A stretch of 64,000 nucleotides of DNA from NCBI GenBank assembly GCA_946610035.1, contig CAMOCC010000002.1, positions 4,254 to 68,253 of the forward strand, read 5' to 3'. This stretch comes from an uncultured Verrucomicrobiota bacterium (GTDB lineage: Bacteria; Verrucomicrobiota; Kiritimatiellia; RFP12; UBA1067). A model generated the notes under the pieces. It was not told where the DNA came from. It saw nothing but the letters and a program-made list of their open reading frames with translations, and did no database searches. The position numbers and the translations under genes are program-made. Shown one piece after another: positions 53,354-63,900 of the stretch (the first letter of the stretch is position 1; every line of letters begins with the position of its first letter).

Positions 53354-54718
53354 TCACTGTAGCTTCGTCTGCGCGCGCAGTGCATTCAGCGCGCGGCGAA
53401 GGGACTGAAGGTCGGGCGTGGACGAGACCGAGACGCGGATGAACGAACGGGGATTCCCCGCTCGGACGCTGAAGCGGTCCGAATGGCACACCTTCACCCC
53501 CGCCTCGATGCAGCGCCTCTCTATCTCCGGACCCGTCCCCGCGGTCCCGGGAAGCGGCACCATCCTGAAGAAGGCGGTCGGCGCGGCCGCGAATGCGTTC
53601 GGGAACACTTTCTCGAAGACGGCGTTCGCCGCCCTTGCGCACTTCGCCTTTGCCGAGAGCATCGCCTCGGCGCGCCCCGAAAGGACCAGCTCCGCAAGAA
53701 TCTCCGCATCGAGGGCGCCCGCCTTGATGGCGAGATGGTGGAGGGCGTCGAGGATCCTCCCGGCTCCTTCCTCCGGCAGCGCCGCCCACGTGGCGCGAAG
53801 GCCGGGCGCGAGCGCGCGCGTGGAACCCGCGATGTAGAGGCACCTCCCGGGAATGCGTGAATGGAGCGTTCGCTCGCGGCCCTTCGGGGGGACGATCCGC
53901 GAGTCGTCCTCGATGAGGGAGATGCCGGCCCCCCGCACGACGTCGGCAAGCTCGTCCTTGCGCCGCTCGGACATCGTGATCGTCGTCGGGTTCGCGCAGT
54001 TGGGCATGAGATAGACTCCGCGCAGCCGCTTGTCCGCCGCCGCCGCATCGGCGAGCGCATCGGGGCGCATTCCGCCTCCATCGGACGCCACGGGGACGAG
54101 CCTCACGTGTGCGAGACGCGCGAGGCGTATGAGGTTCGAGTAGGTGAACTCGTCCGTCGCGAGCGCGTCGCCCACTCGGAAGAGCGACATGAGCGCGGCC
54201 GATATCGCGCCCTGCGCGCCGGGGAAGACCGCGGTCCGCCCCGCTGCCGCTTCGACTCCGTTCCGGCCCAGCCATGCGACGCCTGCGGCGAGCGGACGCG
54301 CCGCGCCGTCCCTGTCGCAGTACGAGAAGATGCGCTCGGCCGTGCCGCGCGAGAGCACGGACTTCGCGGCGGCGACTATCTCGTCCGCCCCAGTCGCCGG
54401 GAAGCCCTGCACCACGGAGCAGTCCACGGCCTCGCCTCCCGCATCCGGCGACGCGACGAAAGTGCCGCGCCCCGTGACGCCGTAGATGAGCCCGCGTTCG
54501 CGGCATACGCCGTAGGCGCGCGTGACCGTCGTGAAGTCGATGTCCAGGTAGTCCGCCAGCTCGCGCTGCGGCGGCAGCTTCGCGCCCGGCGGAAGCAGTC
54601 CGGCGGCGATGTCGTCGGCCAGCTGTGCGGCGAGGGCGAGGTACACTGGGCCGCCGCCGGGCGCGTCGCGCCTCGGCCGCCACGAGAGGGGATGGTCGTC
54701 GAAGGAGTTCACAGGCAT
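53354..54718 (-). CDS. pdxR: MocR-subfamily GntR regulator (wHTH plus fold-type I aminotransferase-like domain), PdxR-like
   Basis: N-terminal [41 protein letters not shown], then a long aminotransferase-like domain. Divergent from pdxS-pdxT. Confidence 0.8.
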   Translation of the reverse strand: MPVNSFDDHPLSWRPRRDAPGGGPVYLALAAQLADDIAAGLLPPGAKLPPQRELADYLDIDFTTVTRAYGVCRERGLIYGVTGRGTFVASPDAGGEAVDCSVVQGFPATGADEIVAAAKSVLSRGTAERIFSYCDRDGAARPLAAGVAWLGRNGVEAAAGRTAVFPGAQGAISAALMSLFRVGDALATDEFTYSNLIRLARLAHVRLVPVASDGGGMRPDALADAAAADKRLRGVYLMPNCANPTTITMSERRKDELADVVRGAGISLIEDDSRIVPPKGRERTLHSRIPGRCLYIAGSTRALAPGLRATWAALPEEGAGRILDALHHLAIKAGALDAEILAELVLSGRAEAMLSAKAKCARAANAVFEKVFPNAFAAAPTAFFRMVPLPGTAGTGPEIERRCIEAGVKVCHSDRFSVRAGNPRSFIRVSVSSTPDLQSLRRALNALRAQTKLQ

Positions 54719-54732
54719 CTTTATTGTCCTCC

Positions 54733-54752
54733 ATACAATTTTGCGATTGTAT
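54733..54752. promoter_or_regulatory. inverted repeat ATACAAT-N6-ATTGTAT in the pdxR/pdxS divergent control region (candidate PdxR operator)
   Basis: Read directly. It overlaps the -35 (TTGTAT 54747-52) of the plus-strand promoter TGGTACACT (54767-75). It lies just downstream of the minus-strand -10 TGATATAAT (complement of 54755-63). Confidence 0.45.
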
Positions 54753-54819
54753 GTATTATATCAGAATGGTACACTCTACGCAAGCACCCCGGGAAAGGGG
54801 GCGGAAAGGAAGAGTAGAG

Positions 54820-55695
54820 ATGAACGAAGACAGGGGCGAACTGAACAGGAACCTCGCGCAGATGCTCAAGGGCGGCGTCATAATGGACGTCACGACCCCG
54901 GAGCAGGCGGAGATCGCGGAGGCGGCGGGCGCGTGCGCGGTGATGGCGCTCGAGCGCATTCCCGCGGACATCCGCGCGGCGGGCGGGGTGAGCCGCATGA
55001 GCGACCCCGCGATGATACGCGGGATCCAGGAGGCGGTCACGATCCCGGTGATGGCGAAGTGCCGCATCGGACACGTCGCGGAGGCCCGGATCCTCGAGGC
55101 GGTGGAGATAGACTACATCGACGAGAGCGAGGTGCTTTCGCCGGCGGACGACGTCTACCACATCGACAAGTCGGCGTTCAGGGTTCCGTTCGTCTGCGGC
55201 GCGCGCGACCTCGGGGAGGCGCTTCGCAGGATCGGCGAGGGCGCGTCGATGATACGCACAAAGGGCGAGCCGGGGACCGGCGACGTCATACAGGCGGTAC
55301 GCCACCTCAGGAGGATGCAGGGCGAAATCCGCCGCGTTGCCTCGCTCCGCGAGGATGAACTGTACGAGGCGGCGAAGCGGCTCGCGGCGCCGCTGGACCT
55401 CGTTCGCTACGTACACGCGAACGGCAGGCTCCCTGTCGTGAACTTCGCGGCGGGCGGAGTCGCGACGCCCGCCGACGCCGCGCTCATGATGGAGCTGGGG
55501 GCGGAGGGCGTCTTCGTCGGCTCGGGGATCTTCAAGAGCGGCGACCCCGCGAAGCGCGCCTCGGCGATCGTCCGCGCCGTCGCGAACTGGAGGGACTCGA
55601 AGCTCCTGGCCGAGATTTCGGAGAACCTCGGCGAGGCGATGGTCGGCATCAACGCGGACGAGATAGAGACGATAATGGAGGAGCGGGGGAGATGA
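54820..55695 (+). CDS. pdxS: pyridoxal 5'-phosphate synthase, lyase subunit
   Basis: [43 protein letters not shown]..., IDESEVL, KGEPGTG. I place the start at ATG 54820, within track ORF 54625. Confidence 0.93.
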   Translation: MNEDRGELNRNLAQMLKGGVIMDVTTPEQAEIAEAAGACAVMALERIPADIRAAGGVSRMSDPAMIRGIQEAVTIPVMAKCRIGHVAEARILEAVEIDYIDESEVLSPADDVYHIDKSAFRVPFVCGARDLGEALRRIGEGASMIRTKGEPGTGDVIQAVRHLRRMQGEIRRVASLREDELYEAAKRLAAPLDLVRYVHANGRLPVVNFAAGGVATPADAALMMELGAEGVFVGSGIFKSGDPAKRASAIVRAVANWRDSKLLAEISENLGEAMVGINADEIETIMEERGR

Positions 55696-56279
55696 AGCCG
55701 CAGGTGGGGGTGCTGTCGGTGCAGGGCGCGTTTGCGGAGCATGTGCGCGCCTTTCGCGAGGCGGGGGCGGATCCGTTCGAGGTCCGCTCCACCGGCGACC
55801 TCGCGCGTCCGCTCGACGCGCTGGTCCTGCCGGGCGGGGAGTCCACGGTCCAGGGCAGGCTCCTGAAGGAGACGGGGCTGTTCGGTCCGCTGGCCGAGCG
55901 CATCGCGGCGGGGCTCCCCGTCTTCGCGACGTGCGCCGGTCTCATCCTTCTCGCGGAGCGGCTGGAGGGCGACACGACGGTGTGGTTCGGCGCCCTGCCG
56001 GTGACGGTGCGCCGGAACGCCTACGGGCGCCAGCTCGGGAGCTTCGCCGCGAAGGGGCGCGTCGGACCCGACGAGGACGTCCCGCAGACGTTCATCCGCG
56101 CGCCATCCATCGTGTCCGTCGGGAACGGCGTCGAGGTCCTGTCGTCGTTCGAGGGCGTCCCGACCGGCGTTCGCCGGCGCAACGTCACGGCGCTCGCCTG
56201 GCATCCGGAGCTCACGCAAGACCTGCGCGTGTTCCGACGCTTCCTTGAATCGATGCAGGTTTCCGCGAAACGCCGATGA
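55692..56279 (+). CDS. pdxT: pyridoxal 5'-phosphate synthase, glutaminase subunit
   Basis: [37 protein letters not shown] overlap with pdxS. Confidence 0.9.
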   Translation: MKPQVGVLSVQGAFAEHVRAFREAGADPFEVRSTGDLARPLDALVLPGGESTVQGRLLKETGLFGPLAERIAAGLPVFATCAGLILLAERLEGDTTVWFGALPVTVRRNAYGRQLGSFAAKGRVGPDEDVPQTFIRAPSIVSVGNGVEVLSSFEGVPTGVRRRNVTALAWHPELTQDLRVFRRFLESMQVSAKRR

Positions 56280-56337
56280 AACGCCACTTGCCTCTCAAGG
56301 TCTGTCACAAGGGGCTCTGTATCGGCGTCAGCAGAGG

Positions 56338-57243
56338 CTAGAGCAGCTTGTCCGCGGCGGTGTTGAACCACTTGTAGCCGCGCTGTCGCTTCGGGTCGAT
56401 TTCGTCCACTGAGCGCTTCGGTATGCCGGATCGGTCGCAGAAGAACGGCCTGCACTCCTTAAGGTCGTAGAACCGCGCCCAGCGACCGTCCGGCAGACGT
56501 GTGCGGCGGAACCACTCCACCGCGCCGTCTATGGAGGCGCGGAGCTCCGGCGACGGATTCTCCACCGTCTTCAGGAACTCGACCAGGTGGGCGGACTCCT
56601 GGCTGCAGAACGATGCGAGCTCGTAGGCGCGTCCGTTGGTCGGTGCAAGCGTCTCGCGGTCGTGCTGCTGGCACCAGACGGTCGGCTTTCCGTCCACGCG
56701 GATCTGGCAGGCGAGCACGCAGGCGAGCCCCCGGTCGAACGCCGCGCGGCAGCGCTTGCGCAGTCCGTCGTCCGCCCAGGCGAAGCCCCCCTTGCCGCGC
56801 GCGACGTCGTACATGATGGAGAGGACGAGCTCCATTGCGCGGTCGTTGAATGTTATCTGGGTCCAGTATCCCTTCTTCCTCTCCGGATACTGCGCCCAGC
56901 CGCCGTTCGGCATCTGGACGCGAAGGAGCCATTCGATCCCGCGGACGGCGGACGCCTTGGAGCGTTCGTCGCCGGTCCGCGTGAAGTGCCCCGCGAGGAA
57001 CCGTATCTGCGTCGTCGTGGCGTTGTTGTCGATCGTCGCCTTGTCCGACTTCGCCCGCGTTGCGGCGTAGTCCGCCGGACACGGCTTTTCCATGTTCTTC
57101 TTCTTCTGCCATCCTCCGCAGTCGAGCTGGTAGTCGCGCGTGTTCTGCGCGATCTGGTCGTCGGACGGAGTGTTCTTCCCCTCGCCGGCGAACAGCGTGA
57201 AGGCGGTGCCCAGGGAGGCGATAAGCGTTGCTATGGTTTTCAT
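56338..57243 (-). CDS. pectate lyase, PelA/Pel-15E (PL10-like) family, secreted
   Basis: Signal peptide, then QLDCGGWQK.., MPNGGWAQYP, ITFNDRAM, the alpha/alpha-toroid PL10 pattern. Confidence 0.68.
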   Translation of the reverse strand: MKTIATLIASLGTAFTLFAGEGKNTPSDDQIAQNTRDYQLDCGGWQKKKNMEKPCPADYAATRAKSDKATIDNNATTTQIRFLAGHFTRTGDERSKASAVRGIEWLLRVQMPNGGWAQYPERKKGYWTQITFNDRAMELVLSIMYDVARGKGGFAWADDGLRKRCRAAFDRGLACVLACQIRVDGKPTVWCQQHDRETLAPTNGRAYELASFCSQESAHLVEFLKTVENPSPELRASIDGAVEWFRRTRLPDGRWARFYDLKECRPFFCDRSGIPKRSVDEIDPKRQRGYKWFNTAADKLL

Positions 57244-57252
57244 GATGTCGAC

Positions 57253-57281
57253 ATTGTACCATTGCCGGCTTGCGGCGGCAA
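57253..57281 (-). promoter_or_regulatory. minus-strand promoter TTGCCG-N17-TACAAT with TGG extension; start codon 9 nt after the -10
   Basis: The reverse complement of 57253-61 is TGGTACAAT. The reverse complement of 57276-81 is TTGCCG. Confidence 0.5.
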
Positions 57282-57296
57282 TGCCCGATTGGGTAG

Positions 57297-57326
57297 TTGC
57301 AGTCCGGCGGGGAAGTTTGATACAAT
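57297..57326 (+). promoter_or_regulatory. promoter TTGCAG-N18-TACAAT with TGA extension; ATG 57333 lies 6 nt after the -10
   Basis: TTGCAG at 57297-302 and TGATACAAT at 57318-26. Confidence 0.5.
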
Positions 57327-57332
57327 CTAGGC

Positions 57333-59582
57333 ATGAATACGAAAATACTCAGGACCGTTTTCGCCGCGGCGACTGCATTCGCCGCGTTCGGAGCATTCGC
57401 CGTCGAGCCGTCCGTCATCTGGAGCGACCGTCCGGCGGCCATCTGGAACGACGCCTATCCGGTGGGCAACGGCAACGTCGGGGCGATGGTCTCCGGCGGC
57501 GGCGAGACGCGCATCCAGTTCAACCACACGCGCCTCTGGAGCGGGAGCCCGCACTGCTACGACAACCCCGGCGCGGCGGACGTCCTGGCGGAGATGCGCA
57601 GTTTAGTCTTCGCGGGGAGGAAGGCGGAGGCGAGGGATCTTGCGAACGCCCGGTTCATGGGAAGGCCAGTCGGGCAGCAGCGCTTCCTGCCGTTCGGCGA
57701 GGTGGTGGTGCGCTTCGACGGGGAGGCGGGCGACCTCCGGCGCGAACTGCGCCTGGGCGAGGCGCGGCACCTTGCGTTCTTCACCGTTGATGGATGCCGC
57801 ATTGCCGAGGAGACGTTCGCCCCGTATTCGGAGCCGGAGCTGATCTTGCATCGCATCGTCTCCAGGAAGTCCGGCGGGGTCTCGTGCGAAATCTCCCTCT
57901 CCACCCCGCACAGGATGTCGACAATCGCGCTGGAGGGGACGGAGTTCCGCCTGGACGGAAAGGCGCAGGGGGACGGCGTCGCCTTCGCGGCGCGCATGGC
58001 GGTCCGGGTTGGGGGCGAAGGCGCCAAGTGCGAGCCGCGCGACGGGCGGCTCGTCGTCCGCGGGGCGGATTCCGTGGAGCTGCGCCTCGTGGCGGCGACG
58101 AACCTAAGGAGCTGGAAGGAGCTGTCCGGCGATCCCGCCGCCGATTGCGCGGCTGCGCTGAGGCGGACGGCGGGGAAGGGATACGCCGAAATCGCCAAGG
58201 CGCACCGCAAGGCGTTCGGCGCGCTGTACAACCGCGTGGAGCTCGACCTGCCGGGCGACGCGGAACTTGCGAAGCTCCCGACGTCCGAACGCCTCGCGCG
58301 CCAGTCCGAGTCCCGCGACCCCGCATTCGCCAAGCTGATGTTCGACTACGGACGCTACCTCCTCATCTGCTCCTCGCGCGCGGGCGGCGAACCCGCCAAC
58401 CTACAGGGCATCTGGAACAAGGACCTCCATCCCGCATGGGGATCGAAGTACACGTGCAACATCAACGTCGAGATGAACTACTGGCCGTCCGAGACGTGCG
58501 GACTCGGCGATTGCGCCAAGCCCCTCTTCGACGCCGTAGCCGAGCTCGCCGAAAGCGGCGCGCGCACGGCGAAGACGCACTACAACGCGCCCGGCTGGGT
58601 GCTCCACCACAACTTCGACGTGTGGCGCGGAACGGCGCCGGTGGACGGCGCCGACTGGGGCATTTGGCCGACGGGCGGCGCGTGGCTCTCGCTCCACCTC
58701 TGGGAGCACTGGCTCTTCACGCGCGACCGCGCATTCCTGGCGAAGTCGTTCCCGACGATGCGCGGTGCGGCGGAGTTCTTCACGGCGACGCTTGTGCGCC
58801 ACCCGAAGACGGGGAACCTTGTGACGTGTCCGTCCAGCTCGCCAGAGCATGGCGGACTCGTTGCGGGCCCGGCCATGGACACGCAGATAATCCGCGCGCT
58901 GTACGCGGCGCTGCTGGAGGCGGCGGACGTGCTCGGCATGGCGGGCGACCCCGTCGTGGGGAAGGTCCGCGAACAGCTGCCGCGCCTTGAGCCCGAGCAC
59001 ATCGGCAGGTGGGGGCAGCTGCAGGAGTGGATAGAGGACGTGGACGGCCCGGACGACCACCACCGCCACTTCTCGCACCTCTGGGCGGTCTATCCCGGCT
59101 GCGAGATAACGCCCTCGACGGGCGACCTCTTCGCCGCTGCGAAGAAGTCCATGATAGCGCGCGGCGACGAGGCGACCGGGTGGTCGATGGGATGGAAGAT
59201 AAACGCGTGGGCGCGCTTCAGGGACGGCGACCATGCGATGAAGATAATGGACAACCTGTTCCGTCCTGCGATCCTTCCGGACGGCAGGGAGCGCGGCGGA
59301 CTCTATGCTAATCTCTTCGACGCGCATCCGCCGTTCCAGATCGACGGCAATTTCGGCGTGACGGCCGGCGTGGCGGAGATGCTGCTCCAGAGCCACCGCA
59401 GGACGGCGGACGGCGAGACGCTGATCGACCTTCTGCCGGCGCTTCCTTCGTGCTGGCCGGCGGGGTCCGTCAAGGGCCTTCGCGCGCGCGGCAACCTCAC
59501 CGTCGACATCGCATGGCGCGACGGCAAGGTCGTCGACTATTCCGTCAAAGGCCCCGGCAAGTGGCGCCTCGCCCAGCCGTAG
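57333..59582 (+). CDS. glycoside hydrolase family 95 (alpha-L-fucosidase-type), secreted
   Basis: [16 protein letters not shown].., [45 protein letters not shown]. Confidence 0.85.
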   Translation: MNTKILRTVFAAATAFAAFGAFAVEPSVIWSDRPAAIWNDAYPVGNGNVGAMVSGGGETRIQFNHTRLWSGSPHCYDNPGAADVLAEMRSLVFAGRKAEARDLANARFMGRPVGQQRFLPFGEVVVRFDGEAGDLRRELRLGEARHLAFFTVDGCRIAEETFAPYSEPELILHRIVSRKSGGVSCEISLSTPHRMSTIALEGTEFRLDGKAQGDGVAFAARMAVRVGGEGAKCEPRDGRLVVRGADSVELRLVAATNLRSWKELSGDPAADCAAALRRTAGKGYAEIAKAHRKAFGALYNRVELDLPGDAELAKLPTSERLARQSESRDPAFAKLMFDYGRYLLICSSRAGGEPANLQGIWNKDLHPAWGSKYTCNINVEMNYWPSETCGLGDCAKPLFDAVAELAESGARTAKTHYNAPGWVLHHNFDVWRGTAPVDGADWGIWPTGGAWLSLHLWEHWLFTRDRAFLAKSFPTMRGAAEFFTATLVRHPKTGNLVTCPSSSPEHGGLVAGPAMDTQIIRALYAALLEAADVLGMAGDPVVGKVREQLPRLEPEHIGRWGQLQEWIEDVDGPDDHHRHFSHLWAVYPGCEITPSTGDLFAAAKKSMIARGDEATGWSMGWKINAWARFRDGDHAMKIMDNLFRPAILPDGRERGGLYANLFDAHPPFQIDGNFGVTAGVAEMLLQSHRRTADGETLIDLLPALPSCWPAGSVKGLRARGNLTVDIAWRDGKVVDYSVKGPGKWRLAQP

Positions 59583-59597
59583 CCCAAGAGAGGTGAG

Positions 59598-59676
59598 GAT
59601 CGTCGCTCAGGGGGTTGCGTCGCTGTAGGGGGTTGCGTCGCCGTAGGGGGTTGCGTCGCTCCGCGACGGAACCCCC
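59598..59676. repeat. about 3.5 tandem copies of an 18-nt unit GGGGGTTGCGTCGCYGTA; the last copy forms a hairpin
   Basis: Full copies at 59610-27, 59628-45 and 59646-63. GGGGGTTGCGTCGC (59646-59) pairs with GCGACGGAACCCCC (59663-76) with one mismatch. Begins 16 nt after the GH95 stop. Confidence 0.85.
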
Positions 59677-59732
59677 TGCGGCCCCCATTCCCCGTTCCAT
59701 CGAACTTGTCATGGAAAGTTCCGGCAAAATAA

Positions 59733-59741
59733 TGTTATAAT
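59733..59741 (+). promoter_or_regulatory. extended -10 element TGTTATAAT upstream of the aldo/keto reductase gene
   Basis: Read directly. It makes the track start ATG 59742 implausible. ATG 59769 follows an SD-like ggaaaggaaag. Confidence 0.4.
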
Positions 59742-59768
59742 ATGCTGTGTTGGAAAGGAAAGCATCAC

Positions 59769-60737
59769 ATGGACAGATATGAAACGATGCCGTATGTGCG
59801 GTGCGGACGAAGCGGACTCAGGCTTTCGCGCGTCGCGTTCGGGCTCTGGCACAACTTCGGGACGTACGACGACCGCGCGAACATGGCGCGTCTCGTCACG
59901 CGCGCGTTCGACCTGGGCATAACCCACTTCGACCTCGCGAACAACTACGGTCCGGAGCCTGGCTCGGCGGAGGAGAACTTCGGGCGGCTCCTCGACTCGG
60001 AACTGAAGGGACACCGCGACGAGCTGATCGTCACGACGAAGGCGGGACATCTCATGTGGCCGGGTCCGTACGGCGACTGGGGTTCGCGCAAGTCGCTGAT
60101 CGCGAGTCTCGACCAGAGCCTCAGGCGCATGAAGCTCGACTATGTCGACATCTTCTATTCCCACCGCCCCGATCCGGAGACGCCGCTGGAAGAGACGATG
60201 GGCGCGCTTTCGGACATCGTGCGCTCGGGCAAGGCGCTCTACGTCGGAATTTCGAAGTATTCTGCCGCGCAGACGCGCGAAGCGGCGGCGATCCTGAAGC
60301 GCAACGGCACGCCGCTGCTCATACACCAGTTCCGCTACAACATGTTCACGCGCGGCATCGAGAAGGACGGACTTCTCGACGCGCTGGAAGAGACCGGTGC
60401 CGGCGGCATCTGCTTCTCGCCCCTCGCGCAGGGGCTTCTGTCGTCGCGTTACCTTGACGGAGTTCCCGCCGACAGCAGGGCGGCGAAGAACGCCTTTCTG
60501 AAGACCGACACCATTACGCCTGAAATGCGCGCGAAGCTTGCAAGACTGAACGATTTCGCCGTGTCACGCGGCCTGACGCTCGCTGAACTCGCTCTCAAGT
60601 GGGTGCTCCGCGACCGGCGCGTAACTTCCGTGCTGATGGGCGCGAGCCGCGTCAGCCAGCTTGAGGAAAACCTCGGTTTCCTGCAGAAACCGGACCTCGG
60701 TTCATCCGATCTGGAGGGAATCGAAGGTTTGCTGTGA
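59769..60737 (+). CDS. aldo/keto reductase (YghZ/Gpr-like)
   Basis: MPYVRCGRSGLRLSRVAFGLWHNFG, HFDLANNYGP, DIFYSHRPD, and the rest of the AKR fold. Confidence 0.85.
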   Translation: MDRYETMPYVRCGRSGLRLSRVAFGLWHNFGTYDDRANMARLVTRAFDLGITHFDLANNYGPEPGSAEENFGRLLDSELKGHRDELIVTTKAGHLMWPGPYGDWGSRKSLIASLDQSLRRMKLDYVDIFYSHRPDPETPLEETMGALSDIVRSGKALYVGISKYSAAQTREAAAILKRNGTPLLIHQFRYNMFTRGIEKDGLLDALEETGAGGICFSPLAQGLLSSRYLDGVPADSRAAKNAFLKTDTITPEMRAKLARLNDFAVSRGLTLAELALKWVLRDRRVTSVLMGASRVSQLEENLGFLQKPDLGSSDLEGIEGLL

Positions 60738-60750
60738 AGGGCTTTAAGGT

Positions 60751-60834
60751 TCCCCATTCCACGTTCCCTATCCCCCATTCCCCGTTCCCCGTTCCCCATT
60801 CCCCGTTCCCCAATCCCCGTTCCCCGTTCCCAAC
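60751..60834. repeat. twelve tandem heptamers TCCCCRT (minus strand: G4-tract array)
   Basis: tccccat tccacgt tccctat cccccat tccccgt tccccgt tccccat tccccgt tccccaa tccccgt tccccgt tcccaac. A 2-3 unit copy of the same motif is at 59682-59702. Confidence 0.9.
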
Positions 60835-60836
60835 AA

Positions 60837-60852
60837 ACTGGTATATACCAGT
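60837..60852. promoter_or_regulatory. perfect 16-bp palindrome ACTGGTATATACCAGT upstream of the second giant gene (candidate operator)
   Basis: Read directly. It ends 35 nt upstream of a TACAAT -10 candidate (60888-93). Confidence 0.4.
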
Positions 60853-60957
60853 AGAAAAAGGAATTGCGGGGAATGGTGAAAATTGTGTACAATGGCGGTG
60901 TTCGACGGGGGAAGTGTCCCTGCGTCGTTCACTTAAACCTTAAAAAAAGGAGCCAAA

Positions 60958-63900
60958 ATGAGTATTGTCCGCATGCTCAAGACATTCGCCGCGGCCGCGC
61001 TGGCCGTCGCTGCAACATGCGCCGCGCAAGCGGCTGAGGTGATATCCATCAACTTCACGCAGGACGGCTACGGCGCGCTTAAGGGCGACACCGTATATGC
61101 GAATCTGGCAGACGCGTCAATCACGGGCGCGGCCTGGAATACGTTTTCGGGCGCAAGCAGCGGTGGCGTTTCTGGAACATACACGCTCACAAATTACTGG
61201 GACGGCACGCAAGCTAAGTCGGACGGTACGGCAGTGGTATCATACGAAGCCAAAAACATGTGGCACCAGTCGGGCATGGCGGAGCCGTATGTCGGCTACC
61301 TGGACGACGGCGAGCACAACGGCGTCAAGGGTCCCACCGTGTCAGTGACGGGGATCCCATACGACGTCTACGACGTGATTGTGTATGTTAACACCACGGA
61401 CTCGACGTTCCGTCCAGTCACTGTCAACGGCTTCTCCTACTCTTATGTGGACGGCTCTACAGTCAAGGGTAGCACGGCCAACTGGGGCACTCGGCAAGAT
61501 GTACTTGAAGAAGGCAAGAACGCTATGCGTATCACCGGACTCACGGGCAAACTGTCCATTCAGGGTGGCAGCAGCAGCGGTGGACGCGGCTGTATCGCGG
61601 CTGTCCAGATTGTCAGAAATACCACAGCTGTGGTTGTGCCGGCGGTGAACTTCAAGTATCTATCCGGTCAGGGGAATGTAATTGAAACCACATCCGCCAA
61701 CTGGTATTCCGCCATAGACTACGCGGCAAAGTGGCACTGGGACCACAATGTCCGCTGCGAGCGCATCGCGTACGGGCGCAATGCTTTCTGCGTGATGCGC
61801 GCCAACAGCGCCCATCCCGGCACGGACGTCCTGTGGACCAACATGACGGCTTTCACAATGGCGTTCATCGTCGATGTCACAGACATGACTGGCGGCGACG
61901 ATCTTTGGAAGGTTATCGCGTGCATGGGCGGCAACGATGGAAGTGCGCTGACGCTTTTCAAGGATCCAGACGGTGGGGTTTCGCTCAGGCCGCGCACGGA
62001 TAGAACAGACAGGGACGACTACGTGCTGACGATTCCGGCGTCTGAGATTTCGCAGGGCTACCACCTTTTCGTCGTCACGTGCGACGTAAATGGGCAGAAG
62101 ACGACACTGCGCATGGATGACGGTGCGACAAGGGACATGAACTATGCCGTGCAGCCGACCGTCGGCTTTCAGATCGGCAAGAACTGGAACGGGACCCGTC
62201 CCGCGACATGGGGCTTTGGCGACGGACTCGGCGTTTACGCTGTTTTCGGATGGGAGAAGGTGCTGACGTCCGAGCAGATCGCGCTTCTCTACGCCGACTA
62301 CGCCGACGCACTCGGCACGCCGGTCAACTACAACTTCACGAGCGACTTCAACAACGGACACGACAGCGGCGTTCTCTATATACCGACGATGACGGGCGAC
62401 AACGCGCTTCAGGGAACACGTGGAACGATTGAAATACCGACGAACTCGGTTGTCTCCGTTCCTTCCATCTGCCTTGGCAACAGCGGAACAGCCTACAATT
62501 ATACGTTCAACGTGAAGGGAACGCTGAACGTCACGGCCGCTTCGACGACCTACAACGTCTACAGCGAAAAGGGGAACAAGCGCGGCATACTCTTCGGACA
62601 CTGGGCGGGAACCGGCGTCGAAAACATCTACGGCACGCTCAACGCGCCCGATGCCTGGCTCGAGACGACATACTCCCACACGACTGAAACATTGAACATC
62701 ATCGGCGGCACGGTCAAGGTGCGCGGCATCTATGCCCGAAACGCCGATAGCATAGCGAGCTCGGCTACGATTTCGGACGGAGGCACGCTGGAAGTAGCGG
62801 AGCTGAAACTCGACAAGAACTGGCCGCTCATCTGCGGCGCAGGCACGCTGCGCGCCATCAGGTATGACATGACATCTACGGGTTTGACCGATGGCTGGGC
62901 TGTCTCGTTCAACGACGCGGAGGTCGGCACGACACTAGACCCGAACGGGCTCGCCATCAACTTCATGGGTGCGACGACAGGCGCGGGCAGGATTATCATC
63001 AACGATACCTCCGAAAATGCGGACGGCACGGTGTCGTTCGCTATGATGAGCGGGCTTTCCGGTCCCGTGGATGTCAGGTCGGGAACGCTCGACATCAAGA
63101 GCTCCCGCCCGTCTGGCGAACTGAGCTTCTCCGCAGGCGCGAAGCTGCGTCTGCTGGAGTCCGTCGCGGACGGCAACGGGCGCGTCGCGCTCAACATCGC
63201 AGCCGGTAGCGCCGCGCCCGACGTGACGATGTACCGGGCAGACGGCACGACGCTTCTTGAGACATCGGTGGAAACCGATCCAGCGACCGGAAAGATGTAC
63301 ATCGCCTACGAGTCCGATCTCCCGCCGGTCGTGAGCGGCGAGGCGTGCTGGTACGATTTCGAATTCGAGAACAACGGCTACACGTCCGTCGGCAGCAGCA
63401 AGACGACGCTCACCCGCGACGTGGGCAAGGGGATCGGCGCGCGCACCGGAACGGGCGCTGCGGGCGATTTCGCCGACGAACATTCGCTCTACACCTCGTC
63501 GCTCATGTACACGAAGATCACGTATCCAACGGAATGGTCCGCAGCGATCTACTGCACCCTCCCGAAGCTGAAAGACGCCGTCTTGATGGACTTCGGAACG
63601 GCTTTCGGCTGCATCGCGCTCATTGCTGGAGACACAGACAACGAGGTGAAGCTCGTCATGGCGACCAACGACACGCGCTATGTTCCGCTCGCGACGATGA
63701 CGGTTCCGAACGCGACGACGAGCCAGCACCTCTATGTGTTCGTCAAGCGAGACAATGGCGTCGACATCTATCTCGACGGCACGCTGTGGACGACATACTC
63801 CCAGACCGAAAGCATCGTCATCAACGACGGCTTCCAGCTTGGCGCAGTCTTCGGACAGGGCGGCAACACCGGCATGCACGACTTCTCGTACGCGAATGTC

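Noticed and set aside
53280-54734. 484-aa minus-strand ORF overlapping pdxR.
   Set aside because: It is an Arg-rich off-frame translation. The 53354..54718 frame gives the GntR wHTH plus aminotransferase-like protein.
60449-60943. ORFs 60449..60892(-) and 60734..60943(+), encoding ERGMGN- and PHSPFP-type peptide repeats.
   Set aside because: They are simply translations of the TCCCCRT heptamer array. There is no start context and they span an intergenic promoter region.
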